DNA of 64,000 bases from Pirellulales bacterium (GTDB lineage Bacteria > Planctomycetota > Planctomycetia > Pirellulales > UBA1268): positions 10,719-74,718 of the forward strand of contig JALCBP010000006.1 of assembly GCA_028066355.1 (NCBI GenBank). Reading direction: 5' to 3'. Below, one piece after another: positions 39,128-49,560 of this stretch. Under the pieces are notes generated by a model. The model did no database searches, was not told the DNA's origin, and was given only the letters and a program-made list of their open reading frames with translations. How positions within the stretch are numbered: position 1 is the first letter of the stretch; each line of letters starts with the position of its first letter. Made by a program: the position numbers and the translations under genes.

Positions 39128-40172
39128 GAAAGCCCGCCGCCTGCTTCTCTGGTAGCACAACGGCCCTCCCCACGATTCGGCCTGCCCGCATTCGAGACGC
39201 CCATTCGCCAATTTCTTTCAAGCCAATCGTTTGCACAGGGAAAAACCCACTGACTAATGGCCATAACATAGCCAGTCTAGCCCATAGTTGTGCCCGTTTT
39301 TCACGAGATGGAAGACCTGATGCATCAATCCCTGCTAGTGTGATTCCTCTCAAAATAAATGGATAGACAGTGGTTTGAAGCTCAACACCACCAGCATTTC
39401 CGATACTTGCAACAGCTCCACCTGGGGCAACGACTCGGAGAACGCTCGCGAGCACGTTACCGCCCACGGTATCGACAGCCCCAAGGTAACGAGCACTCGA
39501 AAGTTGCTTTTTATCAGCAGGAAGAGCCTGTTGTGGAGATTGCACAGCAGAAGCTCCGAGTGACGTCAATACATCGCCCAGACCTTCTTTGCGAGTGCAC
39601 GCTATGACTCGAAATCCAGCCAGCGCAATCGCCGCTACTGCCAACATACCCACACCACCACTGGCGCCTGTGACAAGCCACGGTAGCGGCTCATCATGCT
39701 GAAGCCGCGACTGAAAGTCCCAGTCTATGGCCGCTCGCAAGCGTTCTACCGCTAGCATCGCAGTAAGCCCTGCCGTCCCCATCGCCATTGCCGCAGTAGC
39801 AGAGAGGCTTTCCGGTCTCTGAATGATTGCGGATGGTGGAACCCATACTTCCGTAGCAAATCCTCCTTGTATTTTTTCACCCAATCCATTGCCAGTTGCC
39901 ACAACAGGCGTTCCAGCGGCAAATGCCTCACAAGTGGATCGAAGTGTACCTGCAGTATCTATACCTGGCACAAGAGGTAAGGTGCGGGCAACACCCGGGT
40001 GCCCGTCACAGGCTAGAGCGTCTTTGTAATTAAAACCTGCAGCCTCGACATCGATACATACAAAGCCTTCATGGTGGCTGTCAGGCAAGGAAGCCACCCC
40101 TGACTGGACCGCACCATCAGGGTCTCGATCAACAACCCAACCATAGGGCTCATCAGATTGTTTAGTTGTCAT
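39120..40172 (-). CDS. YhdH/AcuI-family MDR oxidoreductase (acryloyl-CoA reductase-like)
   Basis: NYKDALA, PGID.AG, AMAMGTAGLTA, VTGASGGVG, DTVGG and PFILRGI. Confidence 0.88.
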   Translation of the reverse strand: MTTKQSDEPYGWVVDRDPDGAVQSGVASLPDSHHEGFVCIDVEAAGFNYKDALACDGHPGVARTLPLVPGIDTAGTLRSTCEAFAAGTPVVATGNGLGEKIQGGFATEVWVPPSAIIQRPESLSATAAMAMGTAGLTAMLAVERLRAAIDWDFQSRLQHDEPLPWLVTGASGGVGMLAVAAIALAGFRVIACTRKEGLGDVLTSLGASAVQSPQQALPADKKQLSSARYLGAVDTVGGNVLASVLRVVAPGGAVASIGNAGGVELQTTVYPFILRGITLAGIDASGLPSREKRAQLWARLAMLWPLVSGFFPVQTIGLKEIGEWASRMRAGRIVGRAVVLPEKQAAGFHA

Positions 40173-40270
40173 CTGCCTTCTACTTTCCTGGCTTAGTTCC
40201 AGCTCTCAATCACCGACAACGAGTCTTCTGAGATCATTCCATAAGGCCCCACGACCGTTTTTAGCTTTCC

Positions 40271-40279
40271 TGCTATACT
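40271..40279 (+). promoter_or_regulatory. Extended -10 element upstream of trxA
   Basis: TGCTATACT (TGnTATAAT-like), about 100 nt before the ATG. Confidence 0.45.
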
Positions 40280-40381
40280 ACAAAAACTGTATGTGCAATA
40301 CGTGGAAAGCGATAGAGTAGCAGTTGTTACTTTGCCCGCACCACAGGCAACTACTCTCTATTCCCCCTACAGGAGAAAACA

Positions 40382-40711
40382 ATGGGAACCGCGATGGAGT
40401 TTACCGACGCTAATTTTCAGCAAGAGGTTCTTGAATCAGATGTGCCGGTGTTGGTTGACTTTTGGGCCCCTTGGTGTGGACCCTGCCGAATGATTGGCCC
40501 GGTTATTGAGGAGCTTGCCTCAGAAAATACGGGTACGTTTCGAGTTGGCAAAGTAAATGTGGACGACAATGGCAGCCTTGCTATGAATTACAACGTTTCA
40601 AGTATTCCGGCGATCATGATTTTCAAGGGCGGTCAACTGGTCAACCAGTTCATGGGTGTCCAGTCGAAGGAGAAGTTGCAACAGGCACTCGATGAGGCAA
40701 AGTCGGCATAG
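40382..40711 (+). CDS. trxA: Thioredoxin
   Basis: [14 protein letters not shown] and SIP; AGGAG RBS. Confidence 0.97.
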   Translation: MGTAMEFTDANFQQEVLESDVPVLVDFWAPWCGPCRMIGPVIEELASENTGTFRVGKVNVDDNGSLAMNYNVSSIPAIMIFKGGQLVNQFMGVQSKEKLQQALDEAKSA

Positions 40712-42185
40712 GCTTTGCCGTCGATCGCACCGGTCGCGAACGAGTATCAATTGTCCCTCGGCCCCTGTGTGGGCCGAGGGTACTTACCTTCTCTAAACGA
40801 CCCTCGTCAACAAAACCTGCAAGATCGGCATGAAAACCGGGCTGTCGTAATTTCTCAACCGCCTTGGCTTCAATCTGCCGTACGCGTTCTCGTGTGACAC
40901 CAAAAATTGTGCCAACCTCTTCAAGCGTATAAGAACACCCATCGGCGAGACCAAACCGCAGACGTAGAATCTCACGTTCGCGATAGGAGAGTGCATTGAG
41001 GACTTTCCCCACTGAAGTTCGTAACGCGTGCTGATTCATGGCGCGAAGCGGGTCATCTTGATGACTATCACAAACAAAGTCACCAGTTGCGTTTTCCTCG
41101 CTCTCACCCAAAGGCTGATCAAGGGAAACCAGCCGATGAGCCATACGTTCGATACAACACACATCCTCAAGGGGCATCCCGGAACAATCAGCCAGTTCTT
41201 CAACACTTGGCTCTCGACCATGCTCCTGAAGAAATTCCCGAGAAAGGTTTCGTAATTTCCCCATTGCATCCACCATGTGTACAGGCATTCGGATTGTGCG
41301 ACTCTGATCGGCAATAGCTCTGGTTATAGCCTGACGAATCCACCAGGTCGCGTACGTAGAGAACTTGAAGCCACGAGCATGCTCAAATTTATCAACCGCT
41401 CTCATCAAGCCCGCATTCCCCTCCTGAATCAGATCTAGAAATGCCAGCCCACGATTGCGATATCTTTTGGCAATCGAAATAACAAGACGCAAATTTCCAG
41501 CAGCAAGCTGCCGTTTGGCAGTGTCGTATTTCTCTTCATAGGATTTCAATCGCGATAAACGCCGACGAAGGGTTCGCCGGGTCTCACCCAAGCCAATGTA
41601 GAGGCGGCGACATTCTTGCTGGCTCATATCACCTGCTTTGATTGCCAGATCACGAAGCTGTTTAAGCATCGGATCGAGTCTCTGGACCCGTAGCCGCATT
41701 TCCTCGACAAGACGAACTGCTTTGCCTCGCTGCCGAACTAATTGTCGCCAAATCTTGCGCCGTTCGGCCAGAGATCTTGTGGTCGACGTTGCCTGACGGA
41801 ACAGTTTGTGATTTTCAGAAATAATTCCACGCAGAGTCTCCAGGTTCGGACGCAGACGTTTTAAAAGCCGTTTTTTTTCATCTGTGTTCGTGACAGAGAC
41901 TTCAAGGGTACGATCAAGCCGAACAGTTCCAGCTTCAACACGCTCAAGGAGTTTGACTGCTGACCTGAGTGCGTAATCATTCCCCAGCAATTCATGTCGA
42001 TAACGGCGACGCCAAAGCTCGATTTGACGTGCACTCTGCACCTCACCATCACGATTCAGAAGAGGAATGCCGCCCATCTGCAAAAGGTACAGACGGATGG
42101 GATCATCGATTGCCTGATTGGATTGACGGCTATTTCTGCTCTGAGTACTTTTCCGACTTGATGAAATGACAGGAGATGGTGACAT
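40650..42185 (-). CDS. RpoD-like sigma70-family factor lacking region 1.1
   Basis: DDPIRLYL (1.2), [44 protein letters not shown] (2) and [16 protein letters not shown] (4). Likely start ATG at 42185. Confidence 0.93.
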   Translation of the reverse strand: MSPSPVISSSRKSTQSRNSRQSNQAIDDPIRLYLLQMGGIPLLNRDGEVQSARQIELWRRRYRHELLGNDYALRSAVKLLERVEAGTVRLDRTLEVSVTNTDEKKRLLKRLRPNLETLRGIISENHKLFRQATSTTRSLAERRKIWRQLVRQRGKAVRLVEEMRLRVQRLDPMLKQLRDLAIKAGDMSQQECRRLYIGLGETRRTLRRRLSRLKSYEEKYDTAKRQLAAGNLRLVISIAKRYRNRGLAFLDLIQEGNAGLMRAVDKFEHARGFKFSTYATWWIRQAITRAIADQSRTIRMPVHMVDAMGKLRNLSREFLQEHGREPSVEELADCSGMPLEDVCCIERMAHRLVSLDQPLGESEENATGDFVCDSHQDDPLRAMNQHALRTSVGKVLNALSYREREILRLRFGLADGCSYTLEEVGTIFGVTRERVRQIEAKAVEKLRQPGFHADLAGFVDEGRLEKVSTLGPHRGRGTIDTRSRPVRSTAKPMPTLPHRVPVATSPSTGHP

Positions 42186-42511
42186 ACGAGCTCTTTTCGT
42201 AGACGGGAAGTGGAAGCATATGCAGACAACGAACAATCGCTCGTGTCTTTGAAACCGCCTTCCACACCAGTGCATTCGCTATGCCAAGAAGACGCCTAGA
42301 AGCCCGCCGGTACCGTTTTTTCGGCCAAAACGGCGGTTTAAAGGCTCCGCAAAGCCTACGTTGCTGCACTTGTACTGGATGCCGTGTCGCCTCTTGGCAA
42401 CATGGCAACAGGTGCCTGTTGCCCGAAAACAGCAAATTTCCCCGAAAACTGCTCTCGATTTCAGGCCTAGGGCACTGGCTATACTGCGGCTATCCCGGGC
42501 GGAGTCCCCTT

Positions 42512-43861
42512 ATGAATTATGTAATAGTTGGTCTCATCGTTGTTCTCTTACTTGCCGGCGCCACTGCGCTCGTGCTTGGACGGCAAGGTATTAACAGGAC
42601 AACACTAGTTTTTGCGTGGCTTGTTCTTGTCGCATCGGGCGGCTTTATTTATCTCGCTGGCCGTGTCGGTGAGCGTGAGCGTGTCTGGCGAGAGAAAATC
42701 CGAACAACCACAGAGGAAATCAATACAGCAATCTATGGGAAATTTGCTGGAAAAAAATTTTTCATTGCAGATCTCGCCGGCACTGACATCTCAGATGAAA
42801 CAACCAAACTCCGACGTAAGATTCTTTTACTCGGAGGTACAGTCAGCACTACCAAAACTATCCGCCGCGATGTTGATGTAGTGGTTGTGGATGACTTGGA
42901 AAACATCCCCCCGCGCGCGAAAGAATTAAACATCGAAGCCATTGTCAAGTCGGACATTGACGATGCTCTAGCACGAACTCTTACAGGCCTCAACACAGCC
43001 ATCATTCATGAACGACGGGAGCAGACCAAAATAGAAACCTGGCGAAACCGCAACTGGAAAACTTCTGCATTCGCTCCTCCAAAAGTTGAGCCTGACGTGA
43101 CCAAACCCGGGCTTTACCGCGTCGCAAATAACGGCACCCTGCAACTTACCTTGTCCGCCAAAGATACAGAAAAGCCGTTAAACGAAGGCGCTGAGCTTGC
43201 GGTCTTCAACTTACAAACGGATGACAAATATGGGTTCCTCGGTGTTTTCAGTGTGAAAGCTGTAAAAGACTTGGGAGAAAACATTCTTTCTCTTTCTATA
43301 TCCCCATTAGCAACTCCTGATGCACACGATATTGCTGCATGGAAAGATTGGGGATTGACCTCACGTGCCGCCAAGGATCCCAAAGTAGCTGTTTACGAAG
43401 ACCTTCCAACCACCAGCGGGGTTTCCGTCGATGCCCTGACGGCACTGTTTGGCACCGAAGTGGAGACTGCAAATAATGGCTCTATCACATCCGGTGGAAT
43501 TGAGGGAATGAGGCGCGACCTATTTGAAGAGCTATCTGCAATCGACGTCATGATCGATTCAATCAGTCTGGCAAAGTCGGCTACTGAACGAGAGCGTGAC
43601 CGAAAAAAACAAACTGCAAGTGATTTGGAAAAAGATCGTGACGCATGGGTAGAGGATCAGCAGTTCGCGCAGGCTGCTCTCGAAAGGCTCAATGTGAGAA
43701 ATAGCCGCTTACAGAAAACGATTCGTGATACCAGAGCCAGCATTTTCGATTTGCGAAAAGAGCTAGCGGAACTTAACGGACGACTCATGGCGGAGGGAAA
43801 CCGGAAACAGCAAACAGGGGAAAAAAGTGCTGCCGACAGCGGAGCAACTGCTCTTCGCTAG
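42512..43861 (+). CDS. Membrane-anchored protein with BRCT-like domain and C-terminal coiled coil
   Basis: ATG at 42512 after GGAG; two N-terminal TMs; FAGKKFFI...KILLLGGTV...DVVVV...RAKELNI; heptad-rich C-terminus. Confidence 0.75.
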   Translation: MNYVIVGLIVVLLLAGATALVLGRQGINRTTLVFAWLVLVASGGFIYLAGRVGERERVWREKIRTTTEEINTAIYGKFAGKKFFIADLAGTDISDETTKLRRKILLLGGTVSTTKTIRRDVDVVVVDDLENIPPRAKELNIEAIVKSDIDDALARTLTGLNTAIIHERREQTKIETWRNRNWKTSAFAPPKVEPDVTKPGLYRVANNGTLQLTLSAKDTEKPLNEGAELAVFNLQTDDKYGFLGVFSVKAVKDLGENILSLSISPLATPDAHDIAAWKDWGLTSRAAKDPKVAVYEDLPTTSGVSVDALTALFGTEVETANNGSITSGGIEGMRRDLFEELSAIDVMIDSISLAKSATERERDRKKQTASDLEKDRDAWVEDQQFAQAALERLNVRNSRLQKTIRDTRASIFDLRKELAELNGRLMAEGNRKQQTGEKSAADSGATALR

Positions 43862-44078
43862 CAGCCAATTTTCTCCTCGAATTTTCAGTCACTCCAAATA
43901 GCTATCAAAACCGACTGCGAGCCCCCAAACCTCTGCTTTCTTTGACTGTTTTGCTATTTTCTGGCTATCCATCGACGAAGGCTATGCATCTCCGTTACAC
44001 TTTCGCTGAGGGTTTACGGCCTTGCCTAACGGCCGGAGACATACCATTGTTATTTTTTTGCAGGGAAAATATCCGCTG

Positions 44079-45353
44079 ATGACGACCGTTACCGATGGCC
44101 CCAAAACGGAAGCCAATTTAAAGAAGGCCGTTCACCACCATCGCCTTGCAAGCAAGAGAGGCCTTCTTGAGCGGTTGTTCACACTTTGGTTTCGCGGATT
44201 CGTCTACAACCAGATTTGGGAAGACCCACGGGTGGACGCCGAGGCACTATCAATCGGTCCGCAGTCAAACTTACTGACGATTTCGAGTGGTGGTTGTAAC
44301 GTATTAAATTATCTCGTGCATAAACCAAAGAAAATCGTTGCTGTCGACCTCAATTCCAATCACATGTGTCTTACGCGACTTAAACTCGCGGCTGTCAAAT
44401 ATCTTCCTGATTATGAAACATTTTATAATTTCTTTGGATTTGGACAACATAGAGACAACATCGCTTCGTATCGAAAGTACATCCGGGATAATCTCGATCC
44501 TGCGACTCGGTCTTTCTGGGAATCGAGTGATTGGCCCGGAAAAAAAATCGGTCCTAAACGTATAAGTTATTTCAAGCGTGGACTCTACAACCAAGCAAAG
44601 CTTGGCCAATTCTTTCGCGTTATCCACGGACTCGCGCGTCGGATGGGAAAGGACCCAAACAAACTTCTAGAAGCTCGCTCAATAGCTGAGCAGGAGCAAA
44701 TTTTTGATGAGTATTTCGGTCCCCTATTCAATAATCGACTTGTACGATGGATGGGCCGGCAGCCTGTAGCGGTTTACAGTCTTGGTATCCCGCCAAGTCA
44801 GCACGCTGCAATGCTTGAGGAGTCTGGCGGCAACGGCCAAAAACTCTTTGACACATACAAGGAACGAATCCGTCGCCTTGCATGCGGTTTTCCTCTTGAT
44901 GACAACTACTTCACCTGGCAGGCATTTGGACGCCGGTATGATCATGAAAACAGGAAGGCCTTGCCGGATTATCTGAAAAGAGAAAACTACGACACCATTC
45001 GTGAGATGGTTGAACGTGTTGAGACCCACGTTGCATCCCTCGGCGACTACCTCGGAACTGCCGAACCAAATTCACTGAATGGATTCATTCTTCTTGACAG
45101 CCAGGATTGGATGCCTCCACATGTTATCGATGAACTCTGGAGTCTGATTGCGAAGGTCGGAGCAGACGACACCCGTGTTATTTTCAGAACTGCGGGCGAG
45201 AAATCCCCTGTAGACGAGGCCTTCTCGCCGGAAACTGCATCTCATTTTCGCTATAAATCAGAAGAATCTCGCCGGCTTCACGAACAGGATCGCTCAGCGA
45301 TATACGGCATGTTCCACATCTACAACAAGGTTGCTGCTTCAGAAAATCAATGA
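44079..45353 (+). CDS. btaA: SAM:diacylglycerol 3-amino-3-carboxypropyl transferase (DUF3419)
   Basis: VYNQIWEDPRVD, ISSGGCNVLNYL, NYFTWQAFGRRY, LLDSQDWM and DRSAIYG. Confidence 0.92.
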   Translation: MTTVTDGPKTEANLKKAVHHHRLASKRGLLERLFTLWFRGFVYNQIWEDPRVDAEALSIGPQSNLLTISSGGCNVLNYLVHKPKKIVAVDLNSNHMCLTRLKLAAVKYLPDYETFYNFFGFGQHRDNIASYRKYIRDNLDPATRSFWESSDWPGKKIGPKRISYFKRGLYNQAKLGQFFRVIHGLARRMGKDPNKLLEARSIAEQEQIFDEYFGPLFNNRLVRWMGRQPVAVYSLGIPPSQHAAMLEESGGNGQKLFDTYKERIRRLACGFPLDDNYFTWQAFGRRYDHENRKALPDYLKRENYDTIREMVERVETHVASLGDYLGTAEPNSLNGFILLDSQDWMPPHVIDELWSLIAKVGADDTRVIFRTAGEKSPVDEAFSPETASHFRYKSEESRRLHEQDRSAIYGMFHIYNKVAASENQ

Positions 45354-46081
45354 GCGATACTCCAGAATCTTTTCCCTCACCCCAGCCACCGGTCTCCTCA
45401 TCAAATAACAAATTGTCCGCCGGGCACGATCAAGCCGTAGCAATGGACAATATGTATCGCTTCACTCGACATATTTATGACCTCACTCGACACTATTACC
45501 TTCTTGGTCGAGACCAGCTACTCGAAGAGGTCGTAACTGGGCCCGATACAGCGACCCTTGAGGTCGGGTGCGGAACCGCTCGAAATTTAATTAAACTCGG
45601 AAAACGGACTACAGCCGGTGCACTCTACGGACTCGATGCCTCTCACGAAATGCTTGAAACTGCCTCGCAAAGCATCTCTTCAGCTGGCTTACCCCAAGGC
45701 AACAATCCACCGATCATGCTTCGACAAGGTCTGGCGGAAGAACTAGATGGTGTAAAAATGTTTGGCCGAGATGAGCCGTTTGATACCATTTTTTTCTCCT
45801 ACTGCCTGTCAATGGTGCCAACTTGGCCAGGTGCACTTGAGGCAGCCTTTGCAAATCTCAAAACAGGTGGAGAGCTTCTCATCGTTGATTTTTGGGATCA
45901 GGCAGACCTTCCCTCATTTTTTGCAAAAGGCCTCAAAAAGTGGCTTGCGTGCTTTCATGTCCACTATCGACCTGAACTCCACAAAGCCATTTCTGCCATG
46001 TCAGAACAAAAAGGCTGCACTGTTGCATTCAAATCGATCCACCGACGCTATGCGTATTTGGCAACTGTGAAGAAAAACTGA
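45350..46081 (+). CDS. btaB: SAM:diacylglycerylhomoserine N-methyltransferase
   Basis: MDNMYR..RHIYDLTR.YYLLGRD, LEVGCGTARNL and FSYCLSM. ATGA overlap with btaA. Confidence 0.9.
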   Translation: MSDTPESFPSPQPPVSSSNNKLSAGHDQAVAMDNMYRFTRHIYDLTRHYYLLGRDQLLEEVVTGPDTATLEVGCGTARNLIKLGKRTTAGALYGLDASHEMLETASQSISSAGLPQGNNPPIMLRQGLAEELDGVKMFGRDEPFDTIFFSYCLSMVPTWPGALEAAFANLKTGGELLIVDFWDQADLPSFFAKGLKKWLACFHVHYRPELHKAISAMSEQKGCTVAFKSIHRRYAYLATVKKN

Positions 46082-46094
46082 ACATACTCACCAG

Positions 46095-46886
46095 CTAAAA
46101 CCCTGGGCCAGGGAATGGGAGAATAAAGTACGCACCGGTAAGTGCAGCGGCTTCTAGGGCCGCACCTCGCAAACTCATCGCTGGTGCCGGAACGGTCCAC
46201 GGAGCACAATCGCCAGGCCGGTAATAGCCAAGAGGATACATGCACTCCCAAGGCAATTCGACTCCCATTTTGTATGGAAGAAATGCCGCCGATGTAAAAA
46301 AGTGACCTGCCGACAAGAACGGGTCTGCCACTGGATGAACCGAATGGCCATACCGTTCAAAGTTCCACTGTTCAAAATAGAGCGGTTTATGACAGTATCC
46401 AGCGGCTTTCCAGGTCATTGTTGTGCTTGTAAACTGGCGAGCTTTCCAATCTTCCCCCTCAAGCCGGCATTCACACGGAAAGTCATTTCCAGCTACACCT
46501 GTAACATGGATATCCAGATTAATTGAAGCCAGCGTATCAGCACGCAGTTTGTCAAGTTCTTCCCGGCAATCATCAGCAGTATTTAGACAATTACTGGGAA
46601 CCTCAGAAGAAGCGAGTCGGATATCTTTTTGAAGCAAAGGTGAGCTACTCTCGTCTGTTCTCTCTATGGCAGAAACAGTGGTTTCGTAAGACTTTTTACT
46701 GGAATTCATCACAGCGTGCTGAACAACGTACTTCGAGCTAGGTGAAAAATCCTGCCAGCCACCTGCCATTGCTACACTCCAACACAAAGCACTCGCCATA
46801 AATGCCGTCACTGTTAACGCCCACCAGAGAGCTGGCCGACGTGTTGTCCTAGTCGTCAGAATCCATCGTGTAGTTTGGTGCTTCAT
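46095..46886 (-). CDS. Exported Cys-containing hypothetical protein; start uncertain and overlapping the guaB 3' end
   Basis: Signal-like [26 protein letters not shown]. Conserved-looking [23 protein letters not shown]...LPYKMG...[15 protein letters not shown]. Confidence 0.7.
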   Translation of the reverse strand: MKHQTTRWILTTRTTRRPALWWALTVTAFMASALCWSVAMAGGWQDFSPSSKYVVQHAVMNSSKKSYETTVSAIERTDESSSPLLQKDIRLASSEVPSNCLNTADDCREELDKLRADTLASINLDIHVTGVAGNDFPCECRLEGEDWKARQFTSTTMTWKAAGYCHKPLYFEQWNFERYGHSVHPVADPFLSAGHFFTSAAFLPYKMGVELPWECMYPLGYYRPGDCAPWTVPAPAMSLRGAALEAAALTGAYFILPFPGPGF

Positions 46887-48318
46887 GCGTAATGGCGATG
46901 TCATGAGGATGGCTTTCTCGAACAGTAGCGGCAGACACCTGAATAAAACGAGCATCTCGCCGTAAGTCTTCAATTGTTTGCGTTCCACAATAGCCCATCC
47001 CGGCACGAAGGCCGCCGACAAGCTGGTAAACAAACATGCTCAGAGATCCTTTGAAAGGCACCCGGCCCTCCACACCCTCTGGAACAAGTTTGTTCGTATT
47101 CCGACCATCCTGCTGCTGTCGATATCGCTCACTCGAACCCTGAACCATTGCTCCCAGCGATCCCATTCCGCGGTACGCCTTAAATGTTCGGCCGTGAAAA
47201 AGTACGGTCTCACCTGGGCTTTCCGCGACACCAGCCAGCAAACCACCAATCATTACAGAGTTGGCACCAGCTGCGATCGCCTTCGTAATATCTCCCGAGT
47301 AGCGAATACCTCCATCAGCGATGATTGGAACATCTGTACCGGCTACTTCTTGTGCTGCTTCCCAAACCGCGGAGATCTGCGGGACACCAACACCGGAAAT
47401 AACCCGTGTAGTACAGATCGACCCGGGACCGATCCCAACTTTGATCCCATCTGCATTAGATTTCAAAAGATCACGACAGCCTTCCCGGGTTGCCACATTG
47501 CCCGCGATTACCTGTATTTCCCATTGCTTCTTAATCTCCTGCACCGTCTCCATCACGTTACTCGAGTGACCGTGTGCCGAATCCACAACAAGCACGTCCA
47601 CGCCCTTGGAAATAAGATTTTCAGCTCTTTCGAAATCAAATACGCCAACGGCCGCACCAACTCGCAACCGCCCGTGATTGTCCTTGCACGCATTCGGAAA
47701 TCGCTTGAGCATATCGATATCCTTGATGGTAATGAGTCCGGTGAGTACACCCATTTCATCTACCAATAGCAACTTCTCGACTTTATTTGCCATGAGGACT
47801 TTTTCTGCCTCATCAAGCGTTACCGCGCCAGTTGCCGTTACCAGCCCAGCTTGTGTCATGATTTCCGCGATAGGTGTGTCGCCACTTTCAAGAAATCGCA
47901 AATCACGTTTTGTAATTATTCCAACGAGCTTTTGCCCCTCAGTCGTAATTGGCACACCTGAGATATTTGACTGTGCCATCACTTCACGTGCACGCGCTAC
48001 AGTGGCCGAGGGTGGCAGCGTCACTGGGTCAGCAATAATTCCATTTGCTGTTCTTTTGACCTTATCCACTTCATCTGCCTGACCTTCAATCGAAAGATTC
48101 TTATGGATGACGCCCAGTCCACCTTCTTGGGCCAACGCAATAGCCATAGCACTTTCAGTCACCGTATCCATTGGAGAACTCACAAGGGGGAGGTTCAACC
48201 CAATAGATCGTGTCAGCTGGGTACTGACATCAACTTCTGACGGGACAACGGTTGAAAACCGTGGAATCAACAACACATCGTCAAAAGTAATCCCAGCTTG
48301 AGCGATTTTCCCTTCCAT
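46849..48318 (-). CDS. guaB: IMP dehydrogenase
   Basis: [35 protein letters not shown] and VPEGVEG; GGAGG RBS. Confidence 0.98.
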   Translation of the reverse strand: MEGKIAQAGITFDDVLLIPRFSTVVPSEVDVSTQLTRSIGLNLPLVSSPMDTVTESAMAIALAQEGGLGVIHKNLSIEGQADEVDKVKRTANGIIADPVTLPPSATVARAREVMAQSNISGVPITTEGQKLVGIITKRDLRFLESGDTPIAEIMTQAGLVTATGAVTLDEAEKVLMANKVEKLLLVDEMGVLTGLITIKDIDMLKRFPNACKDNHGRLRVGAAVGVFDFERAENLISKGVDVLVVDSAHGHSSNVMETVQEIKKQWEIQVIAGNVATREGCRDLLKSNADGIKVGIGPGSICTTRVISGVGVPQISAVWEAAQEVAGTDVPIIADGGIRYSGDITKAIAAGANSVMIGGLLAGVAESPGETVLFHGRTFKAYRGMGSLGAMVQGSSERYRQQQDGRNTNKLVPEGVEGRVPFKGSLSMFVYQLVGGLRAGMGYCGTQTIEDLRRDARFIQVSAATVRESHPHDIAITHEAPNYTMDSDD

Positions 48319-48690
48319 TACGATCTCTTACCTCCGATGAATTTGAATTCTCTCTCTTGTGGAAACGCCCGTACTCATAAACGCCGCGGACTAGAACAGC
48401 TTTAGTCGCTCGAACAGTTGAGTCACTTACGACAGGATTTGCACGATCCTTCCCATTCGCACCTTCGGGAAGTTGGGATTATGCGGGCAAAACCGAAAAA
48501 AAGGCAACGGCAACGTATTAAGCCGCTATTCACAGGGCACTCACGTGTCGTAAACCGGCGTTGATGAAAACCATAACCTAAGTTTGAGTGGCTTCTGTTT
48601 CGTTTCTTTTCCAATCATATACGGCCTGTATGGCTCACGTAATCCTTCTGTATCCCATCGCAAGAATACCAGCCTTAATCGCTATCCACT

Positions 48691-49362
48691 ATGCAACAAG
48701 AACAACATATCTCGAAAAACAAGACACCTGTTGAAGACATCGCAACACCTCTTGCAAGACCTGATCGCACAACTTTTGAAGCACACCTAGCAAGAAGACG
48801 CTACGGTCATTTTACGCTCACTGAAGCAATACGACCCGCCTGGCAACTCGGTATCGTACCAGAGGCGGGATACCGTCATGACTCGTATCATGATCCAGTA
48901 TCAGGTGAAAATCTACCTGCCATTGTTGCAGCAGTTTCAAGCGAACGGCTCTTTGAGACATTCCTCCAACTGATCGATTTTCTTGGTGATACCTGTGATG
49001 TTGTCCTTGAATCGTCTCACGAACATAAGAGTCATCCAAAAGAATATCGGCGCGAGGGTATCGAACGAATCCTACTTGAAAGCCAACTCTGGAATTTTGA
49101 AGATCTACTTCTCAACGATGGATGTACGAGTATTGCTGTACTCCATGCTCAGGAACCTTTCGAAGTACAACTCGACGAGCATAAGTTGCTCATTACGTAC
49201 GGACCGACCTTGGACGGCTTTGAAACAATACTTTCCGAACAAGGTGTCCGGCAGAAAGATAATCTACGAGTCATTTCACAGGGGGACCACATGCATACCT
49301 CAACAAGCCGCTATACGTCTCAGTTTGAAGACCTTGTCTCTCACCTGCATGCCGACCTTTAG
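48691..49362 (+). CDS. Hypothetical cytoplasmic protein
   Basis: 223-aa ORF filling an intergenic gap (DVVLESSH, EDLLLNDGC, QLDEHK); no family recognised. Confidence 0.75.
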   Translation: MQQEQHISKNKTPVEDIATPLARPDRTTFEAHLARRRYGHFTLTEAIRPAWQLGIVPEAGYRHDSYHDPVSGENLPAIVAAVSSERLFETFLQLIDFLGDTCDVVLESSHEHKSHPKEYRREGIERILLESQLWNFEDLLLNDGCTSIAVLHAQEPFEVQLDEHKLLITYGPTLDGFETILSEQGVRQKDNLRVISQGDHMHTSTSRYTSQFEDLVSHLHADL

Positions 49363-49560
49363 GGCTTAGAAGCGTCCGCAACCAAAACTACGCAATCAGC
49401 GCTTCCTATCACTCACGCGAATTCTGACTCACTTAAAAAGTCGTGGGCCATCGCGAAAATGGCACTTATTTTGTGAAAAAATTGGACTTGAGTCCAAAGC
49501 ACCATTCAACGAATCTTACAGATCTTCGTGACAAATTTTCGGTTGCTACTCAGGTGATTC

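Noticed and set aside
42186-42511. Long N-terminal extensions of the sigma (to 42275) and BRCT (from 42281) ORFs
   Set aside because: They are Cys/Arg-rich, non-protein-like and would leave no divergent promoter space. Downstream ATGs fit better.
43900-44078. Pho box upstream of btaA
   Set aside because: Only short GCTAT repeats are present; there is no match to CTGTCAT-type 11-bp direct repeats.
46978-47769. Long antisense ORFs opposite guaB, argG (29320..30066) and ppaC (2000..2689)
   Set aside because: They lie wholly or almost wholly opposite well-supported genes and show no recognisable motifs.
48319-48690. Purine riboswitch upstream of guaB (also checked guaA, and cobalamin riboswitch upstream of the adenosyltransferase)
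   Set aside because: No recognisable aptamer consensus by eye; an Infernal scan would be needed to exclude it fully.
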